Virus record (IMG/VR): IMGVR_UViG_3300010403_000705
Span: 62,001 to 126,000 of that record
Direction: 5' to 3' (one strand)
Length of the DNA stretch: 64,000 nt
In this document: positions 19,167-29,318 of the stretch, piece by piece
How positions within the stretch are numbered: the stretch's first letter is position 1
How the letters are laid out: the number at the start of each line of letters is the position of its first letter
Program-made: the position numbers and the translations under genes
The notes under the pieces: model-generated
What the model saw: the letters and a program-made list of their open reading frames with translations, nothing else
Database searches by the model: none
What the model was told of the DNA's origin: nothing

Positions 19167-19385
19167 ATGGATAAAAAACAAGCAAAAGAATTAACTAATG
19201 ATGTATTGATTGCTGATGTTCTAATTAGATTGAAAGCGATAGAGACTTTATTAATTGCAAAAAATATTTGTACCGAAGAAGAGTTAAAAAAGCAAATAAA
19301 GAGTGTAACAGAATTAATAACTCTTTCTATTTTGCAAAAATCAAATGTATCGGGTGATTTAAATAAAATTATTCAAGAATTGTGA
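19167..19385 (+). CDS. hypothetical protein
   Basis: 72 aa helical ORF, GAGG RBS. Confidence 0.6.
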   Translation: MDKKQAKELTNDVLIADVLIRLKAIETLLIAKNICTEEELKKQIKSVTELITLSILQKSNVSGDLNKIIQEL

Positions 19386-19388
19386 TAA

Positions 19389-19697
19389 ATGTACTATTTA
19401 ACTCAAGAATGTGATTTAATTATAAGTGATAAAGTGCAAGTTTTGTATTTTTATGCAACATGGATGCCACATCATAACAAGATGTTATCAATGATAGATA
19501 AAATGGAGCAAAAATATAAAAATGTAGAATTTATTGCAATTGATGTCGATTTTTTCAAAAATTTATGCAAACGTTTTGAAGTAGAATCTATTCCAATAGT
19601 TATTATATTAAACAACGGAAAAGCCATTAAAAGGATTGAAGGGTTAGTATTAACGAGTGCATTTAAAAATGCATTTGCTGATATATTTAAATTATAG
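19389..19697 (+). CDS. thioredoxin-fold protein lacking CxxC
   Basis: FYATWMPHH in place of FxAxWCxxC; IDVD, FEVESIP (cis-Pro), NGK...IEG retained. Confidence 0.8.
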   Translation: MYYLTQECDLIISDKVQVLYFYATWMPHHNKMLSMIDKMEQKYKNVEFIAIDVDFFKNLCKRFEVESIPIVIILNNGKAIKRIEGLVLTSAFKNAFADIFKL

Positions 19698-19700
19698 GAG

Positions 19701-20003
19701 ATGATAATGAATAAAAAAAATAAAGAACATCAATCTAAAAACAATCCACCAGCTTTGAGATCAGAATCAGAAAAAATATGGAATGAAATTAAAAACTTAA
19801 AACTAGAAATGTTTACTTTGCCTAATCAATTTGTATATATGTATTACAAACCAATTACTATTGATCCTGCTAAATTACATTTAACTGCTTTAACTTCAGC
19901 TACTTCAGTTTTACCTGCATTAGAAAATGCATTATATCCTCAATATCAAGTTGAGCAAGTTGATAGATTTATTCTTGTTACTCTAGCACCAGTAAAAAAA
20001 TGA
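19701..20003 (+). CDS. hypothetical protein
   Basis: 100 aa ORF, AGGAG RBS. Confidence 0.6.
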   Translation: MIMNKKNKEHQSKNNPPALRSESEKIWNEIKNLKLEMFTLPNQFVYMYYKPITIDPAKLHLTALTSATSVLPALENALYPQYQVEQVDRFILVTLAPVKK

Positions 20004-20009
20004 GGAATT

Positions 20010-20504
20010 ATGCCATTTGATGAAGAAGATGAAAAACCATCGAATTATCCTCCAAAGGTAGCTTTAAAAAAAGTTAGCACCCAAAAATCTATTTTTGAGA
20101 CTCAACCTAGAAAACCTTCTGCGGAAGAATTTGAAAAAAAAGTACAACAAGTTCAAGATAGAGCATTTAGTTATAAAACTAAGGCTGCCGAATTAGCTTT
20201 GCAATTTAATAAAGCAATGACTGATCGTACTCTTAAATCTAATAAAACTGTTTTTTCTATTGAGATTGAACAAGATTTGCTTGCGAAAATGATTCAATTA
20301 GCCATCGAAATAAATGCTGACCCTATAGAACAAGAAGGAATGGGATCATTAAGTTGGATTACTTTATTATTAAAAACTTGTTTTACGCAAAGGGATAGAA
20401 TAAATTTTCTAGAATATTCTTTATCGCAAATTGATAAAAAAATGGAATCAATAATTATTCGAGAGATTAATAAATCTCTTGACAAGAAAAAGAACAATGA
20501 ATAA
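20010..20504 (+). CDS. hypothetical protein
   Basis: 164 aa ORF, GAGG RBS. Confidence 0.65.
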   Translation: MPFDEEDEKPSNYPPKVALKKVSTQKSIFETQPRKPSAEEFEKKVQQVQDRAFSYKTKAAELALQFNKAMTDRTLKSNKTVFSIEIEQDLLAKMIQLAIEINADPIEQEGMGSLSWITLLLKTCFTQRDRINFLEYSLSQIDKKMESIIIREINKSLDKKKNNE

Positions 20505-20507
20505 GTT

Positions 20508-20687
20508 ATGGTAACTAAGGAATTATTATTATTTCTCATTTCCGAGGAAAAAGAAAATTTTAGTAGGTATTCACAGTTATGTACAAATTATCAAATTTCT
20601 CTGGACCCGTTAGCAGTAGCCAAACATCAGGGTATTATGGAGATTCTACAGAAACTTCTACAGGAAAAAAATTCTACCAGGACTTGA
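20508..20687 (+). CDS. small hypothetical protein missed by ORF track (59 aa)
   Basis: MVTKELLLFLISEEKENFSRYSQLCTNYQISLDPLAVAKHQGIMEILQKLLQEKNSTRT; starts 3 nt after the previous stop and ends in a TTGA overlap with the next gene. Confidence 0.55.
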   Translation: MVTKELLLFLISEEKENFSRYSQLCTNYQISLDPLAVAKHQGIMEILQKLLQEKNSTRT

Positions 20688-21205
20688 TAAGAAAAGCAGA
20701 TTCAGTACCAATAACTAGATTATTTAAACATTATAATTTACGAATTAATGATCAAAATAGAAAAATAATATGTCCTTTTCCTACTCATAAAAGTGGAAGA
20801 GAAAGTTCGCCTTCTTTTTATTTTTATCCACAAACTAATAGTTTTTGGTGTTTTGGATGTAAAATAGGAACAAGATGCTGCGATTTAATTGCTAATATGG
20901 AGAATATTTCCAGAACTAAAGCAGCATTTAAAATATTAGAGTTGTTTAAATCTGATGTAGATGATGATGCTGTTTTGATTGATAGAGATAACTTTTCTGA
21001 AAAGTTATCTCTAATGTTGAGTTTTTCTGAGCATGTTAGAAACTTTATACATTATAATAATGATGAAAAATCTTTATTATTCATCGACCATGTGTGTGAG
21101 GTTTATGATACGGTAAATGCAAAGCATCATTTGAGTAATGATGCTTTGCAATCTGTAATAAGTCAATTAAAAGAAAAGATAGATTCTTATACATTATATG
21201 TCTAA
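20684..21205 (+). CDS. stand-alone CHC2 zinc-finger (primase zinc-binding domain) protein
   Basis: CPFPTH...ESSPSF...NSFWCFGC; TTG 20684 start preferred over ATG 20579. Confidence 0.85.
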   Translation: MIRKADSVPITRLFKHYNLRINDQNRKIICPFPTHKSGRESSPSFYFYPQTNSFWCFGCKIGTRCCDLIANMENISRTKAAFKILELFKSDVDDDAVLIDRDNFSEKLSLMLSFSEHVRNFIHYNNDEKSLLFIDHVCEVYDTVNAKHHLSNDALQSVISQLKEKIDSYTLYV

Positions 21206-22397
21206 TATCATTATACTTGGAGATCCACATTTAGGAAAAAGCTTATCTCAGGGCAGAGTTGGCATTGGGTCTAACTTAAATAGTCGTATTGTAGATCAGC
21301 TTAATCTTCTTGATTGGACCTTGGATCAAGCAATAGATTTATCTATAGATCATATAGTAATAACAGGAGATATTTTCGAAGATCCTAGACCACCTCCTTC
21401 ATTAATTACTTTATTCATTTCTTGGTTAAAAAAATGCCAAGCTAATTCTGTGCATGTTCATTTAATTTTGGGCAACCATGATATACTGCGCAGTGGTTTT
21501 ATTTACTCCTCTCCATTAGATATTATTAGTGAGGTAGAATTAGAAAATGTTGATGTGTATAAAAATATTAATACAATCACTATTGATACAACTGCTATAA
21601 CTTTAATGCCGTTTCGAGATCGAAAAGCCCTAGGAGCATCAACAAATAGTAATGCTCTTTCTTTACTAAAAGAATATTTAGTATATGAATTAGCTAGTAT
21701 GCCTATTACTTATAAAAAAGTTTTAATAGGACATTTAGCTATCGAAGGCTCTATTCCTATTGGTGATGAAATTGATGATATAAGTAATGAATTATTTTGC
21801 CCATTAGATATGTTTAATGGTTATGATTACGTTTGGATGGGGCATGTGCATAAGCCCCAAATTATGAAAAAACAGAAACCATATATTGCACATATTGGTA
21901 GTATGGATATTTCTAATTTTGCCGAAATCGATCACAGTAAACATATAATTATACTTAATTGTTCTTCAAATCAAGAATTTATAACAAAAAAGTTACCGAC
22001 TAGACCATTAAAAAAAATATCTATTGTAATTCCCAAATTTGTTGAAGATACTACTAAGTACGCTATTCAATGTATTAAAGATATGAATAAAGATTTGAAC
22101 AAATCTACAATAAGAGTGGAAATTGCACTAGAAAGCCCTGAACTACAATCAATTGACAAATCTGCAATAGAAAAATACTTAATTAATCAAGGCGTTTTTA
22201 ATATTACTGGTATCTCGGAATCTAAAAAAGCTATTTTGATAAAAAAAGATAATTATAATACTCTGGATACCAAAATAGATGTACCATCCGCCATTAAAAA
22301 ATATAGTTCCATTTATGTAGAAGAAAATCAAAGGTCTGATTTTATCAACTTAGCTATGGAAATTTATAATTCTTATAAGGTTGAATTAAAAGAATGA
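21198..22397 (+). CDS. sbcD: SbcD/Mre11-like metallophosphoesterase nuclease
   Basis: GDPHLG, TGDIFE, GNHD, GHL, MGHVH. Confidence 0.9.
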   Translation: MSNIIILGDPHLGKSLSQGRVGIGSNLNSRIVDQLNLLDWTLDQAIDLSIDHIVITGDIFEDPRPPPSLITLFISWLKKCQANSVHVHLILGNHDILRSGFIYSSPLDIISEVELENVDVYKNINTITIDTTAITLMPFRDRKALGASTNSNALSLLKEYLVYELASMPITYKKVLIGHLAIEGSIPIGDEIDDISNELFCPLDMFNGYDYVWMGHVHKPQIMKKQKPYIAHIGSMDISNFAEIDHSKHIIILNCSSNQEFITKKLPTRPLKKISIVIPKFVEDTTKYAIQCIKDMNKDLNKSTIRVEIALESPELQSIDKSAIEKYLINQGVFNITGISESKKAILIKKDNYNTLDTKIDVPSAIKKYSSIYVEENQRSDFINLAMEIYNSYKVELKE

Positions 22398-24610
22398 AAC
22401 CATCAAAATTATATATTGAAAATTTCATGTGCCACGAAAAAAGTTATATTGATTTCGCGGAATTTAATTCCGCGCTCATTGTAGGAAAGATAGAGAATAA
22501 TGAAAATTATTCTAATGGTGTTGGTAAAACATCTATATTTAAGGCAATTGAATATGTATTGTTTAATCAAGCAGACATTAATTTAGAAAAAATTATAAGA
22601 GATGATACTAATTTTTGTAGAGTAGTATTTGATTTTTTTGTAGGAGATCAAGAATATCGTATTTCTCGTAAAAGAACAAAAAAAGGTGTTACTGATCTAA
22701 CTTTATTGCACAAAAATACGATTATTGGTGATGTATCAGAAGTTTATCATACTAATTATGATGAAACGTATGAGCCATTAAGTAATGAAAAATATTGGAA
22801 AGATATTTCTGGTAGAAGATCCGCTGATACAGAAAAAGAGTTAGAAAAATTAATAAAGATTAATTTTAAATCCTTTAGAAGTACAGTGCATTTTTTACAA
22901 AATGATTTTTCAGGACTTACTACTTCTACTCCAGAAAAAAGAAAAGCTTTATTTAAGGACGCTTTAAATTTAATTATTTATTCTAAATTAGAAAAAATAG
23001 CAAAAGACAAAGCTAATGTGATATCCAAAGATTTAGAAAAACATAAAATATTAATAGATTCTTTAGGTGATGTTAAAACAGATATTAACAAATTACAACA
23101 GCAATGTTTGTTACTAGAAGAACAATTGGATCATAATAATAAATTGTTAATTGATCCAACTAATCAACTAAATGTAATAAACAACAATTTATCAAATTTA
23201 AATTCTTCTTATAAAGATCTAGAAAATAAATATAATATTTTATTAGAGAAAGAAAAATCAATTTTATCTGATAAAGTAAGAATAGAAAATTCTATTACAG
23301 AATATCAAAACAAAAAAACAATAGCCATCAAAACGGCAAAAAATATTGTTGATGACATCAAAAATTCCAAAGAAACACTTAAATCATTAAGTGAAATTGA
23401 TCTAAACCAAATAGAGATCTTAAATGATAAAATAAATGAACTTAAACAAAAGATAACTTATTACAACATCATTATACAGAACAATATCGTAGAATTTGAA
23501 GAATTAAAAATACCCGTTCCTGACGAAAGTATCTGTAAACATTGTCGCCAATATATGACAGATGAGCATAAGAAAATCTGTAAGTCCAAGATCATTCAAG
23601 ATATGGATAAATGTCAGCAGAATATCTCTATGGCAAAAAAAGAAATATCTATTTTTAGTAACGAAGTAAATATTCTACAACAAAAGTTAAGTGCTTTGAT
23701 TCGATGTAAACAACAAATAGAAGATATAAATAATAAGATTTTATCAAAAAATATAGATTTGCAAAACAAAAAGAATATTCATAATGAATATTCGTTATTA
23801 GTAAATAAATTTACAGAAGATCTCAAAATAAAAGAAAGTGAATATTCATTATTAAAAAGTGAATTATCTAATTCTTCTTTATTAGAAGCTAAATTTATTC
23901 AGGAATCTATTAATGTTCAAAACCAAAATATGGTTAAAGTACAATCATGTATAGCTTCTATAAATAAAGAAATAGCGCATTTAAATGCATCCAAGGCTGT
24001 AGCGCTATATACTATAGATGAAAAAACAAAAGATTTATTAAAAATAGATTTTCTAAGGAATAAAATTCAAGAGCTAGAAAAAAAATATAGTATATATCCA
24101 CAAGTTCTGCAAGCTTTTTCCTCTACTGGAATACCAAATCTAATAATTCAAAATGTACTCGATGATTTACAAGCAAAAGCTAATACATTATTATCGCAAT
24201 TAAAACCTGGTTTACAGTTATCTTTTCTTATAGAAAAAGTAAAAGGAGATGGCACTGAAGCAGATACTTTAGATATTCATTATAATGTAAATGGAAAGGA
24301 AAGATATTATGAGCAGTTATCTGGTGCCATGAAGTTAGCGGTAACTTTTAGTTTAAAGCTTGGATTATCTTTTCTTTTGCAGGAAATGGTAGGTACTGAT
24401 ATTAAGTTCTTATTATTAGATGAAATAGATCAATCACTGGATAAAGCAAGTGTAGATGCATTTGCAGATATTGTGAAATTTTTTCAGAAAGACTTCACGA
24501 TATTAATCATTACTCATAATGATAGATTAAAAGATAAATTTTCACATGCTATATTAGTGGAACAAGATGTCAATATGATATCTAGAGCTAAGGTAGTCAG
24601 TAATTGGTAA
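22394..24610 (+). CDS. sbcC: SbcC/Rad50-like SMC ATPase
   Basis: NGVGKTS, coiled coils with CKHC hook, LSGA, LLLDE, ITHN. Confidence 0.92.
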   Translation: MKPSKLYIENFMCHEKSYIDFAEFNSALIVGKIENNENYSNGVGKTSIFKAIEYVLFNQADINLEKIIRDDTNFCRVVFDFFVGDQEYRISRKRTKKGVTDLTLLHKNTIIGDVSEVYHTNYDETYEPLSNEKYWKDISGRRSADTEKELEKLIKINFKSFRSTVHFLQNDFSGLTTSTPEKRKALFKDALNLIIYSKLEKIAKDKANVISKDLEKHKILIDSLGDVKTDINKLQQQCLLLEEQLDHNNKLLIDPTNQLNVINNNLSNLNSSYKDLENKYNILLEKEKSILSDKVRIENSITEYQNKKTIAIKTAKNIVDDIKNSKETLKSLSEIDLNQIEILNDKINELKQKITYYNIIIQNNIVEFEELKIPVPDESICKHCRQYMTDEHKKICKSKIIQDMDKCQQNISMAKKEISIFSNEVNILQQKLSALIRCKQQIEDINNKILSKNIDLQNKKNIHNEYSLLVNKFTEDLKIKESEYSLLKSELSNSSLLEAKFIQESINVQNQNMVKVQSCIASINKEIAHLNASKAVALYTIDEKTKDLLKIDFLRNKIQELEKKYSIYPQVLQAFSSTGIPNLIIQNVLDDLQAKANTLLSQLKPGLQLSFLIEKVKGDGTEADTLDIHYNVNGKERYYEQLSGAMKLAVTFSLKLGLSFLLQEMVGTDIKFLLLDEIDQSLDKASVDAFADIVKFFQKDFTILIITHNDRLKDKFSHAILVEQDVNMISRAKVVSNW

Positions 24611-24625
24611 AACAAAAGGTAAATT

Positions 24626-24895
24626 ATGAATACAGAAGAATTTGAAGCAGCGGTACGCGCAGAATGTAATACTCTTGCTGATATGTTGGTAGAAAAAAAT
24701 CGTGCTTATGGCAATAGCGCTTTATCGCCTGTACGTATTTTTTCAAAATCTCCTATTGAAGAACAAATCCTTGTGCGTATAGATGATAAATTATCTCGTT
24801 TAGCACGAGGAAACAACGCTGGTGAAGATGTAATATTTGATCTCTTAGGATATTTAATTTTGTTACGCATCGCTCGACAATCTAAAAAGCTATAA
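24626..24895 (+). CDS. nucleotide modification associated domain 1 (DUF1599-like)
   Basis: KNRAYGNS...VRIDDKLSRL...EDVIFDLLGYLIL. Confidence 0.75.
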   Translation: MNTEEFEAAVRAECNTLADMLVEKNRAYGNSALSPVRIFSKSPIEEQILVRIDDKLSRLARGNNAGEDVIFDLLGYLILLRIARQSKKL

Positions 24896-24973
24896 AATAG
24901 TATCGTTATTTTGACATTTAATAAAATGATAACAAATCATGTTATCTTAAAATAATTGAATGTGTAATACAAA

Positions 24974-25954
24974 ATGACTGTTATTAATTTAACCATTACT
25001 GAATCGACCGAACAAGTAATTGCGGATATACCAAAAACAATTACTATCACTTCTAATATTCCTGCTTCCATTTTTTATACATTAGATGGAACTATTCCTA
25101 CCTTATTTTCCAATATTTATACTGAAGCCATTTTTTTACCAATTAATAAATTATCTGTTACATTAAGTATATTTGCAAGTAATGGAGTAGATTCATCACC
25201 TATTATTACAGAGGTATATGTAACAAATGTATTAGATAATGCTAGGTTGGCACATTCTGCAACAGATGTCCAACCTAATGTTAGTATTCCGGATTTGTAT
25301 CCATTTGGAACAAATCCGCAACAACCAGTTGGGCATTATTTGAACCCAGGTGATGCTGGGGTAAATGTTAATGATCCTTCTTTACCTGTTGTTGCTTCAG
25401 GATTCGATGCTGATGGCAATCCTAGTGTTTTTACTAATCAAGATTTTACAACAGAAAATTATAATATAGTATATTCAAATAGAGATGCTATTGGGCAACC
25501 AAATGTAGGAATTTTGCCAGCTCCTGTTAAAATACAAAATGCAGTGCCGGAACCAGAAGCTAGTGAACAATTTACTACTTTATTTGATCCAAGAGCGTTT
25601 GTAATTTTTCAGGATTTTTCTAAAGAAAATCCTGAAGATCCTATACACATAAATAGACAATTCTTTACTTTAGAAAACCATGAAAAAACTCGTGATGGAA
25701 ATGCATTTTTCACTAGTGGTTTAGATGCACCTGCTGTTAGTGGTTCATTTTTAAGATCACATTATAATCCCAGGGATAATACTATTACTTATTATTATTT
25801 AGATACCTGGAGTAATAGATGGATTATTTCCAAAACACCATATCAGCCAACAGGAAGTTTTGATGGTAATTTATCTGCTATGGCATTCGCGAGAAACGGT
25901 GGTGCAGGAATAGTATTTGAATGGTTGCCTTTTACTAGAAGAGTATTATTTTAA
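24974..25954 (+). CDS. protein with N-terminal FN3-associated/CHB_HEX_C-like domain, possible virion protein
   Basis: TITITSN...ASIFYTLDGTIPT..SNIYT..I. Confidence 0.6.
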   Translation: MTVINLTITESTEQVIADIPKTITITSNIPASIFYTLDGTIPTLFSNIYTEAIFLPINKLSVTLSIFASNGVDSSPIITEVYVTNVLDNARLAHSATDVQPNVSIPDLYPFGTNPQQPVGHYLNPGDAGVNVNDPSLPVVASGFDADGNPSVFTNQDFTTENYNIVYSNRDAIGQPNVGILPAPVKIQNAVPEPEASEQFTTLFDPRAFVIFQDFSKENPEDPIHINRQFFTLENHEKTRDGNAFFTSGLDAPAVSGSFLRSHYNPRDNTITYYYLDTWSNRWIISKTPYQPTGSFDGNLSAMAFARNGGAGIVFEWLPFTRRVLF

Positions 25955-25963
25955 GTATTTAAT

Positions 25964-26290
25964 ATGAAACAAAAAAGTGGACAAGAAATATTTTATACTG
26001 ATATCAATGTTATGATAACATCTATTAAACAATTTACGCAAGATAATTGTGCATATGTAGAAATTCACGATGATCTAAAAAGATTATATTATGGTTGGTT
26101 TTGTCCAAAAACTAATACATATTTTTATATGCAAGCTTCTCATTTTAGAAATCAAAGAAAAGGTCTCGCCCTACCTTTTGATTCATATTTAAAAAGAAAA
26201 ATAGCTAGTATACCATTGAGTAATTGTAAAAATGATAAAGAATATAATTCTCTTAAAGAAAAACTTAATAAATTGAAAGCATTTTGGTGA
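25964..26290 (+). CDS. hypothetical protein with C-terminal LKAFW tag
   Basis: 108 aa, ends KEKLNKLKAFW. Confidence 0.6.
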   Translation: MKQKSGQEIFYTDINVMITSIKQFTQDNCAYVEIHDDLKRLYYGWFCPKTNTYFYMQASHFRNQRKGLALPFDSYLKRKIASIPLSNCKNDKEYNSLKEKLNKLKAFW

Positions 26291-26562
26291 CGTTTAGTAT
26301 GATTAATTATTTACCGTGGAAAAAAATAAACGAAATACTTTATGAAAAAAGGTGTATAGATAATAGTCATACATCAAGTATTAAGTTGAGATATCATTGT
26401 AATGGTTATGGTTGGGTCCCAGAATTTTATAATAAATTAATGGGAGATCTGTATATACAGTATAATCCAGATTATTATATATCTATTATTGATATACATT
26501 ATGTAACACAATATATAGACAATTTTATAAATAGATACAATAATTTATTAGTATTTATGTGA
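26284..26562 (+). CDS. hypothetical protein with C-terminal LLVFM
   Basis: 92 aa, ends FINRYNNLLVFM. Confidence 0.55.
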   Translation: MVTFSMINYLPWKKINEILYEKRCIDNSHTSSIKLRYHCNGYGWVPEFYNKLMGDLYIQYNPDYYISIIDIHYVTQYIDNFINRYNNLLVFM

Positions 26563-26605
26563 GTTATATATACTATAACACTATAAATATGAAAAGACGT
26601 GTAAT

Positions 26606-27394
26606 ATGTCTAATGAATTACGATTATCTGTTAGTAAAACAAAGACATTCTTAGATTGCAAGGCAAAATATAAATATTCATATATTGAAAAATTGCCTAA
26701 AAAAGATTGGGAATTTCATACATTTGGTAAATTTTGTCACAAGGTGTTGGAAGATTTTCATAATGCATATATTAATGGCTCATCAGAGCCATATAATATA
26801 GTAATGTCAAAAGCATTTAAAGATTCATTGAATGAATATAAATCTGTTATGACAACAGAAATGAGGCGAGATTGTTGGAAAATTATTGATCAATACTTAA
26901 AAATTGTAAGTAGTGATAAAAAAAATAATTTATCTGCCAATGTTATTGCTTGCGAAAAAAATTTCGAATTTTTAGTAGGCGGTAAAGTTATTTTAAATGG
27001 TATGATTGACAGGATACAAATTGATGACGATAATGTAATACATGTTTGTGATTATAAAACAGTCAAAAATAAAAAATATTTAAAAAATGATTTTTTCCAA
27101 TTATTAACATACGCATATGTTATAATTTCTGAAGACCCTTCAATTGAAAAAGTTCGCGCCTCATATATTTTGCTTAGACATGATTTTGAATATATTACTA
27201 CTGAATTTACTGTTCCAGAAATTTTGAAGATTCAAGATAAGTATCTTGAATATGCTAATCAGATTTTAAAAGAAAAAGAATATGCTCCCAATCCAACTGC
27301 TTTGTGTAATTTTTGTGATTATTTGAATATGTGTCCAGAAGGTAAAGCAAAGTCTTATGGGCAGAATATTTATGGAGAGGTAACGTATGGGTAA
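26606..27394 (+). CDS. PD-(D/E)XK RecB/Cas4-like exonuclease
   Basis: LSVSK..FLDC, H..LE, CEKNF, GMIDRI, DYKT, QLLTY, C-terminal CxxC...C Fe-S ligands. Confidence 0.88.
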   Translation: MSNELRLSVSKTKTFLDCKAKYKYSYIEKLPKKDWEFHTFGKFCHKVLEDFHNAYINGSSEPYNIVMSKAFKDSLNEYKSVMTTEMRRDCWKIIDQYLKIVSSDKKNNLSANVIACEKNFEFLVGGKVILNGMIDRIQIDDDNVIHVCDYKTVKNKKYLKNDFFQLLTYAYVIISEDPSIEKVRASYILLRHDFEYITTEFTVPEILKIQDKYLEYANQILKEKEYAPNPTALCNFCDYLNMCPEGKAKSYGQNIYGEVTYG

Positions 27395-27590
27395 CAATTA
27401 CTATTTTACATACGAAACTAATCAGTATAAAATATATTACATGTACGAAGCACCTACTCCACATAGATTAGATGGACCCGCAATTGAATACGCAAATGGC
27501 ACAAAAGTGTGGTGTTATAAGGGAAAAATTATATCCTGTTCTTCACAAGAACAATTTGAAAAATATTTAAAAATGAAAATTTTTTGGTAA
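27387..27590 (+). CDS. HRxDGPA-repeat small protein with C-terminal MKIFW tag
   Basis: HRLDGPAIEYANGTKVWCYKGK; ends SQEQFEKYLKMKIFW. Confidence 0.7.
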   Translation: MGNNYYFTYETNQYKIYYMYEAPTPHRLDGPAIEYANGTKVWCYKGKIISCSSQEQFEKYLKMKIFW

Positions 27591-27608
27591 AAAGGAACGA
27601 AAATAATT

Positions 27609-27968
27609 ATGAAATACAGTGAAATTGCTCATTTAAAGAAAAAAATGATGACTATGTTAGAAAATGCCGTTGATCAATGTTTAAATCAATTACAAGCTAA
27701 TGAGCATGTCCAAGCAGCTAAAGCACAAATTAAAGCTAATGAAGAAGGTCACGCTGGAACAACTGATATTGTAGATTTACAACCAGGTTATTTTGATGCT
27801 GCGTTAGCTTTAGATTTCCCAAAGGGCTACGGTACGAATGGTGAGGGATTTGTTATTGTTTGCAATCCTGTCATTACATTAAAAGATGTGTATAGAAAGA
27901 TGGATGCGCAAAATTATAGTCATAAAATAATGAGTGATAAATTGCGTCAAGCAAAAGAAAACAAGTAA
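27609..27968 (+). CDS. hypothetical protein
   Basis: 119 aa ORF. Confidence 0.6.
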   Translation: MKYSEIAHLKKKMMTMLENAVDQCLNQLQANEHVQAAKAQIKANEEGHAGTTDIVDLQPGYFDAALALDFPKGYGTNGEGFVIVCNPVITLKDVYRKMDAQNYSHKIMSDKLRQAKENK

Positions 27969-27985
27969 CATTTATTTTTTTCTAA

Positions 27986-28045
27986 GAAAATTTAAGACCT
28001 TTAAATAGTAACAAAATATCTTAGAGGGTACGAATAAATCAGATA
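27986..28045 (+). pseudogene. 3' remnant of an HNH/endonuclease VII-type homing endonuclease
   Basis: Restoring one A gives ENLRPLNSKQNILEG, like the C-terminal NL[R/Q]PL..K.N motif of that family. Confidence 0.4.
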
Positions 28046-28059
28046 TAAAGGAAAATAAT

Positions 28060-29307
28060 ATGGAGATAAATGTAAAAGAATTAGAGCCATGTAAGTTAAG
28101 CATTCAGTACATCGCGGATGCCGGAGAAATTCTTGAAAAACGTGCGCAAATTTTACAAGTCTTTAAGAAAGCTCCTGTTCCTGGATTTAGACCAGGGAAA
28201 GGAACTTTAGATGCAATTAAGATTCATTACAAAAATCAAATTGAAGAATCTTTGAAACGCGGTTTAGCAGAAGATGCTTATCATAATACTATTTTTGAGA
28301 AAAAATTAAGACCTCATGGAGCGCCATTTTTTAAGTCTCTGATGATAGCTGATGGAAAATTTACTTGTGATTTTGATTTACATGTTAAACCTGATTTTGA
28401 ATTGGCTCCTTATAAAGAATTAGAAATACCAAAACCTCACGAAGATTTTTCTTCAGTAGAATTCAGTGAGAAAATATTACAAGAATTAAGACGTAAATTT
28501 GGAGATGCTTATCCATATACAGAAAATGATTTTGTGCAAGATAGTGATAATGTAATTATTGATTATCAAGGTACTGTGGACGGTGTAAAAATAGATAATT
28601 TGTCGGCACAGGGAGAAATGCTAACTGTAGGTCGTAGTCAATTACTAAACTTTGATGATAATTTATTAGGCATGGTTTTAGGAGAGACAAGAGAATTTGA
28701 TGTTAAAGTGCCAGAGAATGGTTTACCATCTTTAGCTGGTAAACTAGTTCATTTTAAAGTTACTCTTAATATGGGTTCTAAAACTGAATTATGCGCACTT
28801 GATGACTCCTTAGCTGTAAAAATGGGAAAAAAAGATTTCTCCGAACTAAAAGAATTTGTACATGCAGCTGCTATGAGCAGAACTTCTAACAGTTCCAAAC
28901 TAGCATTAAATGAAGCCATAACAAACAGATTAGTGAATGATAACAAATTTGCGGTTCCCAATTGGTTGAGCTTATCTGAAGCGCGTTATTTAGCACATAA
29001 CTCAAAGATGGATTGGGAAACTATGAATGATGTCGATAAAGAAAAATATTTGCAAATGGCGGAAAGTAATGTTAAATTATCTCTAATTTTAGATAGAATT
29101 AGAGATTTAGAGCCAGAAGCACAAATAACTGATCAAGAAGTTTTCGATATTGTTAAACAAAATTTAACTAAAATGAATAATCAAAAATCTATTGATGATA
29201 CTATAAAAGAAATGAATAGAACTGGCTATCTGCAAATTCTATTTTCTAGAATTAAAGATGAGTTTGTGTTAGATTTTATAACCAAAAGCGTTAAAGTAAT
29301 TGAATAA
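28060..29307 (+). CDS. tig: trigger factor
   Basis: Ribosome-binding PGFRPGK, FKBP-like DNVIIDYQGTVDG...F..NLLGM..GETREF...LAGK.V.F.V, C-terminal SurA-like helices. Confidence 0.92.
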   Translation: MEINVKELEPCKLSIQYIADAGEILEKRAQILQVFKKAPVPGFRPGKGTLDAIKIHYKNQIEESLKRGLAEDAYHNTIFEKKLRPHGAPFFKSLMIADGKFTCDFDLHVKPDFELAPYKELEIPKPHEDFSSVEFSEKILQELRRKFGDAYPYTENDFVQDSDNVIIDYQGTVDGVKIDNLSAQGEMLTVGRSQLLNFDDNLLGMVLGETREFDVKVPENGLPSLAGKLVHFKVTLNMGSKTELCALDDSLAVKMGKKDFSELKEFVHAAAMSRTSNSSKLALNEAITNRLVNDNKFAVPNWLSLSEARYLAHNSKMDWETMNDVDKEKYLQMAESNVKLSLILDRIRDLEPEAQITDQEVFDIVKQNLTKMNNQKSIDDTIKEMNRTGYLQILFSRIKDEFVLDFITKSVKVIE

Positions 29308-29318
29308 GGAATAATATA

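Noticed and set aside
20479-20507. TTGACA-N17-TAAGTT promoter
   Set aside because: The -10 element abuts the ATG at 20508, so it could not transcribe that gene. It is possible for the downstream gene but unsupported.
20644-20682. Degenerate TTCTACAG direct repeats
   Set aside because: Explained by repeated L-Q codons in the 59-aa ORF; too short and irregular for iterons or CRISPR.
22456-22474. 9-bp inverted repeat CGCGGAATT-T-AATTCCGCG in sbcC
   Set aside because: It is short and could arise by chance in 64 kb; there is no supporting context.
26606-27394. Cas4 as part of a CRISPR-Cas system
   Set aside because: No repeat-spacer array or other cas gene is seen; solo Cas4/RecB-like nucleases are common in phages.
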